A stretch of DNA of 64,000 nucleotides from an uncultured Lachnospiraceae bacterium (lineage in GTDB: Bacteria > Bacillota > Clostridia > Lachnospirales > Lachnospiraceae), in NCBI GenBank assembly GCA_946407725.1, contig CAMJPM010000004.1, forward strand, positions 6,488 through 70,487, read 5' to 3'. The translations under genes were made by a program, and so were the position numbers. Every line of letters begins with the position of its first letter. The first letter of the stretch is position 1. The notes under the pieces were generated by a model. That model saw nothing but the letters and a program-made list of their open reading frames with translations. It ran no database searches and had not been told where the DNA came from. Positions 44,144 through 53,969 of this stretch are shown here, in pieces.

Positions 44144-45724
44144 ATGTTTTGTAAGAGAATCGCAGCAGTGATCTTGGGGACAATCCTTGTGGTATCCCCG
44201 TGTTATGTATCGGCAGGGGAAATCAACACAGAAGAGTTTAAGGCCGATTACACCATAGGTACAGCCGCATCTGGTTCATTTGATGCTGGGGGCGGCTCCG
44301 ACGTGTACCACTTTACATTGGAAGAGTCAGGCAGGGTGTCTATCTACATGAATGAGTTGTCTGGAGGCTGGACCCAGTATAACTTGTATTCTGAAAACGG
44401 TTCTCGGATTTTCTATAACAACGGCTTTGAGGCATCGCAGACTATGGAATACGACCTAAAGGCAGGAAATTATTACTTTTCAATCAGTACTGACCACGCA
44501 AAGACCTATGCTTTCACGACTTCGTTCACTTCGGCGGAGGAGACTATCCCCGAGAGTATGACGAAAAACAATAACACGTACAAGACTGCCGATGACATAG
44601 AAATTGGCGAGACATATTACGAGCAGAAGGCAGGCTGGGACGACCCCGATGACTACTACAGGTTTGTTCTTGATAAGCCTGGGAAAACTATGCTCAAGTT
44701 CAAGTCAGGAATTCCCCAGGGTAACTGCATAGACATATATAGCATTAATGACCTGGGGCAGCTTTCGACATCTATATTCAACAAATCTGGGAATACCGCA
44801 AGCGATGGGTACTTTACTGTAAACGAGGATCTGTATTTACAGGCTGGTACATACTACTTCAAGTATACCCATTCTGGCTATGACAATGGGGGAATCACAA
44901 GTACGGGAAGATACACTTTCTCCATAGAACATACCCCGTCCGAAGAGACTTTTGCTGAGTCAATAGCCAAGAACAACGACACATCTGACACCGCCGATGC
45001 AATAGAGTTCGGCACTGAATACAAGGGATTTATGGCTAAGAACGAGAAGGCTGACTTCTTCAAAATTACTGTAACTGATACCGGCACGCTTGCGGTGAAT
45101 GTGTCAAGTATCTCTTGGGTTACCGTAAGGCTTCTTAACGATTCACAGAATGAGATAGCTTTGAAAAGGGCATATAAGAACCCACAGAACGTTGTTGAAT
45201 TGTCAATGGACGGCATGACACCGGGGACGTACTATCTTGAAGTTATCCCGGAAGAAACGGCGAACTTGGGCGAATATGACTTTAAGGTAACATTCGTCTC
45301 CGAGACGAAGAAAACAGAACCGTCTGAGATACCTGACAACAACGGAAGCAAGCCTTCGGATTCAGAAAACCAGAACCAGGCACAGAAGGATAATGAACAG
45401 GCGAAAAAAGCAGCCAACATTCAGACAAAGGTGCTTCAAGAGAACGGGTATGGGGCAACCGTGAGCCTTAACTCATCGATACCTTATGTAAAGAAGAAAA
45501 GCGAAGTCATTGGAAAAATCACGGTCACTTTGTCAGTGACAAATTCTACAGGAGAAAAGGCGGGGATAGAGGTTAAATCCATAAAGGCAACGAAACCTAA
45601 GAACGGAGTAACGAAAATCACAATAAAACTGAGGGGTTCAACAAAGGACGAAAGAAAAGCAGCAAAGGTTTTTAATAAAAGTCTGAAGAAGATTCCTGTT
45701 ACAGTAGAAAGCAACCAGTCGTAA
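44144..45724 (+). CDS. Secreted protein with three PPC (pre-peptidase C-terminal)-like domains, a polar linker and a Lys-rich C-terminal module
   Basis: Signal peptide MFCKRIAAVILGTILVVSPCYVSAGE. Three repeats of ...(S/T)xEET(I/F)xES(M/I)xKNN(N/D)T...A(D/E)xI(E)xG...YYF/YYL...Y(A/T)F. GGAAGGGAG RBS. Confidence 0.7.
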   Translation: MFCKRIAAVILGTILVVSPCYVSAGEINTEEFKADYTIGTAASGSFDAGGGSDVYHFTLEESGRVSIYMNELSGGWTQYNLYSENGSRIFYNNGFEASQTMEYDLKAGNYYFSISTDHAKTYAFTTSFTSAEETIPESMTKNNNTYKTADDIEIGETYYEQKAGWDDPDDYYRFVLDKPGKTMLKFKSGIPQGNCIDIYSINDLGQLSTSIFNKSGNTASDGYFTVNEDLYLQAGTYYFKYTHSGYDNGGITSTGRYTFSIEHTPSEETFAESIAKNNDTSDTADAIEFGTEYKGFMAKNEKADFFKITVTDTGTLAVNVSSISWVTVRLLNDSQNEIALKRAYKNPQNVVELSMDGMTPGTYYLEVIPEETANLGEYDFKVTFVSETKKTEPSEIPDNNGSKPSDSENQNQAQKDNEQAKKAANIQTKVLQENGYGATVSLNSSIPYVKKKSEVIGKITVTLSVTNSTGEKAGIEVKSIKATKPKNGVTKITIKLRGSTKDERKAAKVFNKSLKKIPVTVESNQS

Positions 45725-45842
45725 TATAAGACATAAAGAAGGGGTCTGCCTCAATCGGTAGACACTTAACTATGTCAGATAGTGACAGGTTTTCCGGAAG
45801 ATACCGGCTTTCAGGCTGATCAACGGAACGCGCCAAAAAACC

Positions 45843-45878
45843 AAGCCCCCACAGGGCAGATGTCCTGTGGGGGCTTTT
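45843..45878 (+). terminator. Rho-independent terminator
   Basis: AAGCCCCCACAGG-gcagatgt-CCTGTGGGGGCTT followed by TTC, 120 nt after the PPC gene stop. Confidence 0.7.
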
Positions 45879-46174
45879 CAAGAAAAGAAATGGGGTCAAA
45901 CTGTCAAATTACCAGGATTTCATAATGGACTGTATTCTGGTTTCGAAGCCCTTGATTTTTCAAGGGAATATGCGATAATTCAAGTATAAATATTTGGTTG
46001 ATCTTTTTATCATATTGAAGGATGGATGAAAAGATAGTGAGAGAACAAAAAGAATATTGCAGATTGGGTGTAAGTCACTGGAAGTCTCAAGGACGGCAGA
46101 CTATGCCGCTTTCCCTGATTATATAGATGCAACTGTTAAAGAGTTCCGTCTTGAGACGGGGAAAAGAGGTAAAA

Positions 46175-47206
46175 ATGAAAGACGCAGTACTGGTGTTTCC
46201 TGAAGAAACAATTCTGGCGTTAATCAGGAACACTGCCGAGGAAGACAGACCAGGGCTGGAGAAAATCCTCCTGAACCACTTGTCGGAGCAGGAGAGGGAG
46301 GAATACAGGCAGATTATATCCGGAAAACGGCTACCGTCGTTTATGTCTGATGTGATGGCGAAAAGACTGTTTGATGCCGACAGCCACAGTGACCGGTTTG
46401 AGTACCTTTTAAGGAAAGTCTCCGGAGATTCGTCCATAAAGGTGGGTAATGCGTACCGGAATGAAGGGTACATTCAGTCGCTCGGGGCAAAGAAGGTCAT
46501 CTTCGATATGCCTGCCTGGCTCATTGATGGAAGGCTTGGGGATCTGGAATTCCAGGTTTCGGCACAGAGCTTTGTCTTTCAGAGAGGTGAACTGTATGGT
46601 TCCAATCTCCTTATGCTCCAGTACAGCGTGGGGGAGAACCAGAAAAAGACTGAGTTTGGGTATGAGGACATAAAAGGCGTGGTGTTTGTCATGCTGATGA
46701 GGCAAAGTTCCGAGATATTCCGGAGATTTGTGTCTGATCGTTATATACACAGGTTCATCAGCCAGACAGCGGATTCAGGCTTAACCTATGATCCCTTGGT
46801 GACATCGGTATATGTCCAGCTTGACAAGTGCCTTGAACAGTTCCGAAAAGGAAAAGACGGGGAGGACAACCATAAGTTACAGCTTATGCTGTCATTGCTT
46901 GCGGATTCTAATGACCCGATGGTTCTGAAGGAAGCCGGAAAAGATCCTATGCTATCCGAAATGGTAGAAGAAGCAAGGGAGTCGGCGCAGAAAAAGGAGG
47001 TGCAGGCCATGTTACTTGCAGAGAAATATGCGGCAGCGGATATCAATGCTATGAAAAGCTTTGAAAGGAAAGAAGGCGGCAACACGATGCTTTATGCACT
47101 TGTTTCCAAAGGGAAATTATCTGTTAAAGATGCTGCGGAAGAAGCAAACGTTACAGAGGAAATATTCCGTAACAATATGATAACCTGTGGTTATGAGCTT
47201 CCTTAA
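46175..47206 (+). CDS. Rpn/YhgA-like PD-(D/E)XK nuclease family protein (putative transposase/recombination-promoting nuclease)
   Basis: MAKRLFDADSHSDRFEYLLRKV, KKVIFDMPAWLIDGRLGDLEFQ (D...ExQ core), then RGELYGSNLLMLQY. GAGG RBS before ATG 46175. Confidence 0.6.
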   Translation: MKDAVLVFPEETILALIRNTAEEDRPGLEKILLNHLSEQEREEYRQIISGKRLPSFMSDVMAKRLFDADSHSDRFEYLLRKVSGDSSIKVGNAYRNEGYIQSLGAKKVIFDMPAWLIDGRLGDLEFQVSAQSFVFQRGELYGSNLLMLQYSVGENQKKTEFGYEDIKGVVFVMLMRQSSEIFRRFVSDRYIHRFISQTADSGLTYDPLVTSVYVQLDKCLEQFRKGKDGEDNHKLQLMLSLLADSNDPMVLKEAGKDPMLSEMVEEARESAQKKEVQAMLLAEKYAAADINAMKSFERKEGGNTMLYALVSKGKLSVKDAAEEANVTEEIFRNNMITCGYELP

Positions 47207-47308
47207 GGACCTATGTTATTTTGCAACAGTTTCTAAGGCAATCAAAAATTGCATAGTTAGAAAGCAGAAAGGCCTCCCATAGTCGGAGACTTTTCTTATT
47301 GTATGGAT

Positions 47309-47349
47309 TTCCGAACGCATTTACCGCTTTTGCGTTCGGAAACCTATAG
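47309..47349 (+). repeat. Copy C of the hairpin repeat
   Basis: TTTCCGAACGC-atttaccgctttt-GCGTTCGGAAA (11-bp stem) followed by CCTATAG, 100 nt after the Rpn gene stop. Confidence 0.55.
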
Positions 47350-47479
47350 TATTCTTTCCCGGCACTACACGTTCTGGAATAATAAGGCTTTTGAAAGAAA
47401 GATCCTTAATTAACGATAAGGATGATAGGAAGCCAAACAAAATGACATTGGAAACGTCCCCCCCATTTCTTGCAGGATA

Positions 47480-47488
47480 TGATATAAT
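47480..47488 (+). promoter_or_regulatory. Extended -10 box TGATATAAT upstream of neuC-1
   Basis: Perfect TGnTATAAT 42 nt before ATG 47530. Confidence 0.35.
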
Positions 47489-47529
47489 CAATGACGTTGA
47501 TTAAGAATTGGGTTTAAAGGACAAAGAAT

Positions 47530-48684
47530 ATGAGAAAAATCTGTGTGTTTATAGGAGGAAGGGCAAATTACAGTTCAATTAAGACCGCGATGCGTGCCAT
47601 AAAGAACCATCCTGACCTTACATTGCAGGTCATACTGGCAGGCCAGGCCCTTTCTGATAATTATGGTGATCTGGAGAGCATATTGATTTCAGACGGCTTT
47701 TCCGCCGATGAAAAAGTGCATATGCTTGTGGCCGGGGATAAGCCGATTTCCATGGTTAAGACCGCGGGACTTGGAATGCTGGGAATAGCGGATGCCCTGG
47801 AGCATCTGGATCCGGATTTCCTTGTGGTGGTCGGGGACAGATATGAGGTCATGGCTGCGACAATAGCGGCGGCCTATATGAATATCAGGGTCGCCCATAC
47901 CATGGGAGGCGAGGTGACGGGAACCATAGACGAGAGTATCCGCCATGCCATTACCAAATTTGCCCATGTACATTTCCCTGCCAATAAAGAAGCGGGCGAA
48001 AGGATCATAAAGCTTGGGGAGAGGCCTGAGGATGTCCATGTGGTGGGCTGCCCCAGAGTGGATCATGTACGTGAGCTGCTGGACAGGGATGCTTCCATGC
48101 CCCTTGATATGTATGATGCCTTCGGGGGAGTGGGACCAAAATATGATCTTTCGGAGCCTTTCCTGCTTATTTCACAGCATCCTGTGACGACTGAGTATTC
48201 CGAGGCAAAGGAACAGATCACCAGTACCATAAAAGCCTGTGTGAAGACGGGGCTTAATATTATGATACTCTGGCCCAATGCCGATGCCGGGACAGAGGGA
48301 CTGTCCACGGGTATCCGACGCTACAGGGAGCTGTATCCCGGAGCGAAGATCCATGCCTTCAAGAATCTGCCTACGGATATCTATACCAGGCTTATGAAAA
48401 ACACCGCCTGTCTCGTGGGGAATTCCTCAAGCGGTATAAGAGAGGGTGCATTTATCGGTACTCCCTGCGTAAATGTAGGGACAAGGCAGAACGGGCGTGA
48501 AAGGGGTAAAAACGTGATCGATTCCCCGGTTGAGGAAGAAATGATCTATGAGGCGGTAAAGAAACAGATCTCTCATGGGCCATATGAGACAGAACCGATT
48601 TACGGTGACGGTCATGCTGGTGAGAGGATAGCGGATATCCTCTCCAAAGTGGAGGTTCCCGTTCAGAAGAGGATCGTATACTGA
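47530..48684 (+). CDS. neuC: UDP-N-acetylglucosamine 2-epimerase (hydrolysing), NeuC-type, copy 1
   Basis: RKICVFIGGRANYSS, VVVGDRYE, HTMGGEVTGTIDESIRHAITKFAHVHF and GNSSSGIREG. Confidence 0.85.
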   Translation: MRKICVFIGGRANYSSIKTAMRAIKNHPDLTLQVILAGQALSDNYGDLESILISDGFSADEKVHMLVAGDKPISMVKTAGLGMLGIADALEHLDPDFLVVVGDRYEVMAATIAAAYMNIRVAHTMGGEVTGTIDESIRHAITKFAHVHFPANKEAGERIIKLGERPEDVHVVGCPRVDHVRELLDRDASMPLDMYDAFGGVGPKYDLSEPFLLISQHPVTTEYSEAKEQITSTIKACVKTGLNIMILWPNADAGTEGLSTGIRRYRELYPGAKIHAFKNLPTDIYTRLMKNTACLVGNSSSGIREGAFIGTPCVNVGTRQNGRERGKNVIDSPVEEEMIYEAVKKQISHGPYETEPIYGDGHAGERIADILSKVEVPVQKRIVY

Positions 48685-49391
48685 TGAATATACTGGCTTT
48701 TATTCCGGCAAGAGGCGGATCAAAGGGAATTCACAGAAAGAATATGGCGGATCTTAACGGTCAGCCGCTTTTGAAATATACCTTTGATGCGGCAAAGGAA
48801 AGCCGGCTTATCAACAGGATAATACTTTCTACAGATGATAAGGAATTTGCTGATTATGGCAGGGAGAATGGCATTGAGGTTGCCATGAGGCCGGACAGCC
48901 TGGCCAGTGACACTGCTCTCATGAAGGATGCCATTGCCTATCATTTAGGGGAGCTTTCTAAGGAGGGGTATGATCCGGATATTTTTATACTGCTGCAGCC
49001 CACATCTCCCTTGAGGACCGCTGCGCATATTGATGAGGCCTTATCCCTTCTTATTGAGGATGAAAAGGCGGATGCGCTGGTAAGTGTAAAGGACATTCCC
49101 CATGAATACCTTCCCATGAAGATCATGGAGCTGGATGAAAGCGGCGCCCTGCAATTCTATTATGAGAACGGGGAAAGCTACGTGAACAGGCAGTCCCTTC
49201 CCCATTTTTATGCGAGGAACGGAGCTGCGATCTATGCGGTTTATTCCCGGGTGTTTTTGGAAAAAGGCAGCTTTTACGGAACAAGATGTATCCCCTATCT
49301 TATGAAGGAAGAGGATTCTGTGGACATTGATACGGAATTCGATCTGTTCGTTGCAAGTTGTCTGTTAAACTACAAAAACAGGCTTAACTGA
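48684..49391 (+). CDS. neuA: Acylneuraminate (nonulosonate) cytidylyltransferase
   Basis: ILAFIPARGGSKGIHRKN, LQPTSPLRT and YVNRQSLP. TGATG junction with neuC-1. Confidence 0.85.
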   Translation: MNILAFIPARGGSKGIHRKNMADLNGQPLLKYTFDAAKESRLINRIILSTDDKEFADYGRENGIEVAMRPDSLASDTALMKDAIAYHLGELSKEGYDPDIFILLQPTSPLRTAAHIDEALSLLIEDEKADALVSVKDIPHEYLPMKIMELDESGALQFYYENGESYVNRQSLPHFYARNGAAIYAVYSRVFLEKGSFYGTRCIPYLMKEEDSVDIDTEFDLFVASCLLNYKNRLN

Positions 49392-49397
49392 GACAGG

Positions 49398-51245
49398 ATG
49401 GAAGACAGTATGAATGAAAGGATTAAAGGCAAGGTGGAAACTGTTGTCAATAATAAAAAGAATATCAGCCTGATGATATTTATTTTGTGTCCGGTGCTGA
49501 CCTTTTATCTCACCCAGAACCTTATCGGCAGAGTATTCGGGATGATCAGCGCATCCCTGCAGATCGTCAACTGGATACTTTTCCTTTTGGGGGCTTTCTT
49601 TCTGCTTTTGGTTTTCGGAAAGGGGAAATATGCTCTTCTTTTAGAAATGTTTATTTCCTGGCTTTTCGGTACGGCAAATGCCTATGTATACGAATTCAGG
49701 GGTACATATATCACGCCTCCGGATCTGACAGCGTTAAAGACCGCCGCAAATGTTGCCGGGAACTTTAATTACGCGCCTACGGCAAGAGTCGTTATCGTCA
49801 CCCTTCTTTTTATTTTAATGGCTGTCCTTGTATACCGTTTCTGTGATTTAGAGGTAAAGGTATTTCTGGACAGTCCCGTGAAAAGGGTTCTTGGCGTCAT
49901 TCTTTCTGCCGTGCTTCTTTTTTCGTATGTAAAGCTTATCCAGAATGATACGGTATCTAAAGCGGTGGGTATGCATGATTCCCTTATGAATGTCAATAAT
50001 GTGGCTGAGAAAAACGGTATTTTCGCCGGTTTTGCGTTTAAGATGAAGTACCTTCGTGAAAGTAAACCAAAGGGCTACAGCGCCGAAGCCGAGAAGGAAA
50101 TACTGGATGGCATTACGGTAGAGGGAGAGGTGCCTGAAGACCTGCCGGATATCGTTGTCATAATGGATGAGGCTTTTTCTGATCCGAAGCTGAATGTGGA
50201 TTTTGAAACAAATATGGATTATATTCCTTTTATCCGCTCCCTCGGGAAACCCGGGGACAATACTGTTACGGGAATCTTAAATGTATCGGTGAACGGGGGG
50301 AAGACACCCAATACGGAATTTGAGTTCCTGACAGGAAATACCATCGGCTTCCTGACCTTTGAAGCAATACCCTTCCAGACCTATCTTAAAAACCCGAAGG
50401 ATGGCCTGGGGTGGTATATGCAGTCTCTGGGATATGATACGATCGCGATGCATCCCTTTGATGCCGATGGCTGGGACAGGATAACAGCCTGGCCTAATCT
50501 GGGCTTTTCCACAGTGAGGTTCAAGGATTACTTTAAGGAATATGATCCTGAGCTTGTCAGGGACTATATTTCTGATAAATCTCATTTTGAAAGGATAATA
50601 GGTGAGCTTGATAACAGAAAGGATGCGGATAAGCCGCTTTTTATCTTTAATGTTACCATGCAGAACCATTCGGGATACGGAGGGGATCCTGATAATTTTG
50701 AGCGCTCCGTTACCCTTGAAGGGGTAGGCGACCATGAAAGGAAGGAAGTTAAAAGGCTTGAAAACTATCTTTCCCTAATGCATTATACGGATGACGCATT
50801 TAAGTATCTTCTGGAAAGCCTTAGTAAATCTGACAGGAAGACACTGGTGGTACTGTTTGGAGACCATCAGCCTTCTGCTTCCGTATTAAGTGAGATTTAT
50901 GCCCTTAACGGAATGGATGCGGAAAATCTTTCCTGGGAAGAGGATATGAAGAGGTTCCGTGTGCCCTTTGTGATCTGGGCGAATTACGATATAGAGGAAA
51001 AAACTGATGTGGAGACATCCGCGAACTATCTGGGAAATCTTATGCTGAAGACCGCCGGGATACCTCTTACGCGTTACAGGACCTTTATTGACGATTTCAG
51101 CAGGGAGTACCCCGTCATCACATATGAAAGATATGTGGACAGCGAAGGGAATGCGTATCCGATGGACAGATCAGCGCAGGAGCTGCAGGAATATAACAAA
51201 ATGGAATATTACGAGATATTTGATGACAATGACTCCTATTATTAA
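49398..51245 (+). CDS. LtaS-like sulfatase-domain transferase, paralog 2
   Basis: PDIVVIMDEAFSD, GGKTPNTEFEFLTG, FNVTMQNHSGY, LFGDHQP and VPFVIWANYDI. Confidence 0.8.
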   Translation: MEDSMNERIKGKVETVVNNKKNISLMIFILCPVLTFYLTQNLIGRVFGMISASLQIVNWILFLLGAFFLLLVFGKGKYALLLEMFISWLFGTANAYVYEFRGTYITPPDLTALKTAANVAGNFNYAPTARVVIVTLLFILMAVLVYRFCDLEVKVFLDSPVKRVLGVILSAVLLFSYVKLIQNDTVSKAVGMHDSLMNVNNVAEKNGIFAGFAFKMKYLRESKPKGYSAEAEKEILDGITVEGEVPEDLPDIVVIMDEAFSDPKLNVDFETNMDYIPFIRSLGKPGDNTVTGILNVSVNGGKTPNTEFEFLTGNTIGFLTFEAIPFQTYLKNPKDGLGWYMQSLGYDTIAMHPFDADGWDRITAWPNLGFSTVRFKDYFKEYDPELVRDYISDKSHFERIIGELDNRKDADKPLFIFNVTMQNHSGYGGDPDNFERSVTLEGVGDHERKEVKRLENYLSLMHYTDDAFKYLLESLSKSDRKTLVVLFGDHQPSASVLSEIYALNGMDAENLSWEEDMKRFRVPFVIWANYDIEEKTDVETSANYLGNLMLKTAGIPLTRYRTFIDDFSREYPVITYERYVDSEGNAYPMDRSAQELQEYNKMEYYEIFDDNDSYY

Positions 51246-52128
51246 AGATAAATGTAAAGGCTTTGATATTTTTGTCCGGATATCCGCCGTGCTTTTCTGG
51301 ATACTGGTTCTTTCAGGAATAATATGGCTCGCAGTGCATGCTTTCAGTGGCAAGGGCGTTTTCCGAAGAGGGAGCAGGGATTATTCCTGGACAGAGAATT
51401 CGATCTACATATGCCACGCTCTGGGCGGGATAGACGACAGGGCATATACCAACAGCCGGGAAGCCCTGGAAAGGTCATATGAAAAGGGATACAGGAATAT
51501 TGAGACAGACTTTGAATATTCATCTGACGGTGAACTGGTACTCATCCATAACTTTAAGAAGAAAACATTGAAGGAGCTTTTTAGCATTGAGACGGAGGAA
51601 GAGGAAATGCCCCTGTCCCTTTCTGAATTCCGTTCCCTTAAGGTATATGGTGAATACACCACCATGACCCTTGAGGAATTATTTTCTTTTATGGCGGATC
51701 ATAAGGATATGTATCTGATCCTTGACGGGAAGTATGATGATGAGGCAATGGTTAAGAAGGAATACAGTGACCTCATAAAGCTTGCCGGGGGAAAAGATCC
51801 GGAAATACTTAACAGAATGGTGCCGCAGATTTATAATGAGTCAATGTATGACTGGATACAGGAGCTTTATGACTGGAAATCCGTTATTTTCACTTGGTAT
51901 AAGCTGGATGATGACACCATGGATCCCGAAGAGATCTTTAAATTCTGCGCGGAAAGGGATATCAGGGTATGCACCATGGAGGATGAAAAGGAAAATCCCC
52001 TTATTGACAAAACCGCAGGAAAATACGGGGTGATGGTATATGTCCATACAATAAATTCAGAGGGCAGGAGGGACCGTCTCCTGTCTTCGGGAGTCCATGG
52101 CATATATACGGATTTTCTTTATGACTGA
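51223..52128 (+). CDS. Membrane-anchored divergent GDPD/PI-PLC-like domain protein, paralog 2
   Basis: TM, then ICHALGGIDDRAYTNSREALERSYEKGYRNIETDFEYSSDGELVLIHNF, VPQIYNESMYDW and GIYTDFL. The ORF-track N-terminus (51088) overlaps the upstream gene; ATG 51223 or 51229 is preferred. Confidence 0.6.
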   Translation: MTMTPIIKDKCKGFDIFVRISAVLFWILVLSGIIWLAVHAFSGKGVFRRGSRDYSWTENSIYICHALGGIDDRAYTNSREALERSYEKGYRNIETDFEYSSDGELVLIHNFKKKTLKELFSIETEEEEMPLSLSEFRSLKVYGEYTTMTLEELFSFMADHKDMYLILDGKYDDEAMVKKEYSDLIKLAGGKDPEILNRMVPQIYNESMYDWIQELYDWKSVIFTWYKLDDDTMDPEEIFKFCAERDIRVCTMEDEKENPLIDKTAGKYGVMVYVHTINSEGRRDRLLSSGVHGIYTDFLYD

Positions 52129-52178
52129 AGCGAACTATACATGGCATGGCTCTCGGAATGATTGCCGGAGATAAGGTT

Positions 52179-53969
52179 ATGGAAAATGATATGGAAAACA
52201 AAACTGAGATCAAAAAACTGTTATATTTCATACTGATACCCGTATTGATCTTTTACGGGGCGCAGTTCAGCCTGGGGGAGAGCTTCTCGGAGATGCCGGC
52301 CGGGCTTCATATAGTGAATATCCTTTTTCTGGAATTTTTTTCCTTTCTCTTTCTCTCTGTGATCGGGAATAGTGTAGCGGTATTATGTATAGAATGTGTG
52401 TCCCTGACGGTATTTTCCATAGCCGATGCTTATGTGAGGCAGTTCAGGGGGGATTTCATAATGCCCTGGGACCTTCTTTCCTTCAAAACCGCTTTTTCTG
52501 TTGCAGGCAATTATGACTATGTGATCTCTGACGGAATGCGGCGCAGCATTATTTCCGCCGTGATGATACTCATATTGATATTTGTACAGAAACCGGATGC
52601 AAAAATTGTTATAAAAAGTATAAAATCCAGGGCGGCCGTTGGTCTGTTATCCCTTTTGCTTATTTTTTCCCTTGCTGCGTTCATACAGCATCCTGTGGGG
52701 ATCGCATTTCTTGACGTGGAGGATTCGGAATTCGGAATCAAGCTTAATCCGATAGAAAACGGTATTGTCGGCGGGTTTATTTTTGAAACCAAATATCTGC
52801 TTGTGAAAAAGCCTGAAGGGTATTCCGCTTCGGAGGCAAAGAGGATCCTGGATGAGCAGGCTGTTGATTACGGGGCGGTTCCGGAGGAATTGCCGGATAT
52901 CCTTGTATTTATGGATGAGACCTTTTCGGATCCGGCTGTGCTCGCCCCTTTTGAAACAAATATTGATTATATGCCTTTTATGCATTCTCTTTTGGAGGGC
53001 AAGGAGGATACGATCTCGGGACATGCCCATGTGTCCGTTAAGGGCGGCGGCACGGCAAATTCTGAATTTGAATTCCTGACTTCCCATTCAATGGCCTTTC
53101 TTCCAAAGGGCAGCTCGCCGTATCAGCAGTACGTTAAAAAACCTATTGATTCTGTGGTAAGACACCTTGAAAGACTTGGCTACAGGAGCCTTGGCGCCCA
53201 TCCCTTCCATTCCGCCAACTGGAGCAGAAACACAGCCTATCCTAATCTGGGATTCATGGAGTATCATTTTAATTCGTATTTTGAGCCCCTGGATCTGAAA
53301 AAAGTGCGGAATTATGTTTCGGATGAGGGATTTATGCAGCAGACCGCTGATGATGTTCTGAATATGGAGGCACCGGTCTTTTCCTTTAATGTTACAATGC
53401 AGAATCACTCCGGATACGGAAAGGATTTTGATAACCTGCCTCTTTCCGTATATGTGAAGGGCACGGATCCCGCCTCTTCAGATTCAGCAGAGAAGATAAG
53501 CCGGTATCTCTCACTTATAAAGACAAGTGATGAGGCCTTAGAAAAGCTTATTGAAAGGTATAAGAAGACTGACAGGAAGACGATGATCGTATTTTTCGGG
53601 GATCATCAGACTGATGACGAGATAATGCAGGATATTTATGAATTAAATGGAATGGATTATAATTCCCTTACTGAGGAACAGTTGTGGAATACCTATATCG
53701 TTCCTTTTGCCATCTGGGCGAATTTTGATATAGAAGAGAAGACCGGTGTGGAGACCAGCCTTAATTATCTTATGAATATTGCCCTGAAGGCCGCCGGAAT
53801 ACCACTTGATGCCTACAGGATGAAAACCGACGGGTATTCCTTAAAGTATCCGGTGATAACAGCCCATCATATCATTGACAGTGAGGGGAATGATCTTCTG
53901 CCTAAGGATGTGGGGGATGATCTCCATGAGTATAACTGCCTGGAATACTATAAGATGTTTGATGAATAG
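52179..53969 (+). CDS. LtaS-like sulfatase-domain transferase, paralog 3
   Basis: PDILVFMDETFSD, GGGTANSEFEFLTS, FNVTMQNHSGY, FFGDHQT and VPFAIWANFDI. Start 52179 or 52191. Confidence 0.8.
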   Translation: MENDMENKTEIKKLLYFILIPVLIFYGAQFSLGESFSEMPAGLHIVNILFLEFFSFLFLSVIGNSVAVLCIECVSLTVFSIADAYVRQFRGDFIMPWDLLSFKTAFSVAGNYDYVISDGMRRSIISAVMILILIFVQKPDAKIVIKSIKSRAAVGLLSLLLIFSLAAFIQHPVGIAFLDVEDSEFGIKLNPIENGIVGGFIFETKYLLVKKPEGYSASEAKRILDEQAVDYGAVPEELPDILVFMDETFSDPAVLAPFETNIDYMPFMHSLLEGKEDTISGHAHVSVKGGGTANSEFEFLTSHSMAFLPKGSSPYQQYVKKPIDSVVRHLERLGYRSLGAHPFHSANWSRNTAYPNLGFMEYHFNSYFEPLDLKKVRNYVSDEGFMQQTADDVLNMEAPVFSFNVTMQNHSGYGKDFDNLPLSVYVKGTDPASSDSAEKISRYLSLIKTSDEALEKLIERYKKTDRKTMIVFFGDHQTDDEIMQDIYELNGMDYNSLTEEQLWNTYIVPFAIWANFDIEEKTGVETSLNYLMNIALKAAGIPLDAYRMKTDGYSLKYPVITAHHIIDSEGNDLLPKDVGDDLHEYNCLEYYKMFDE

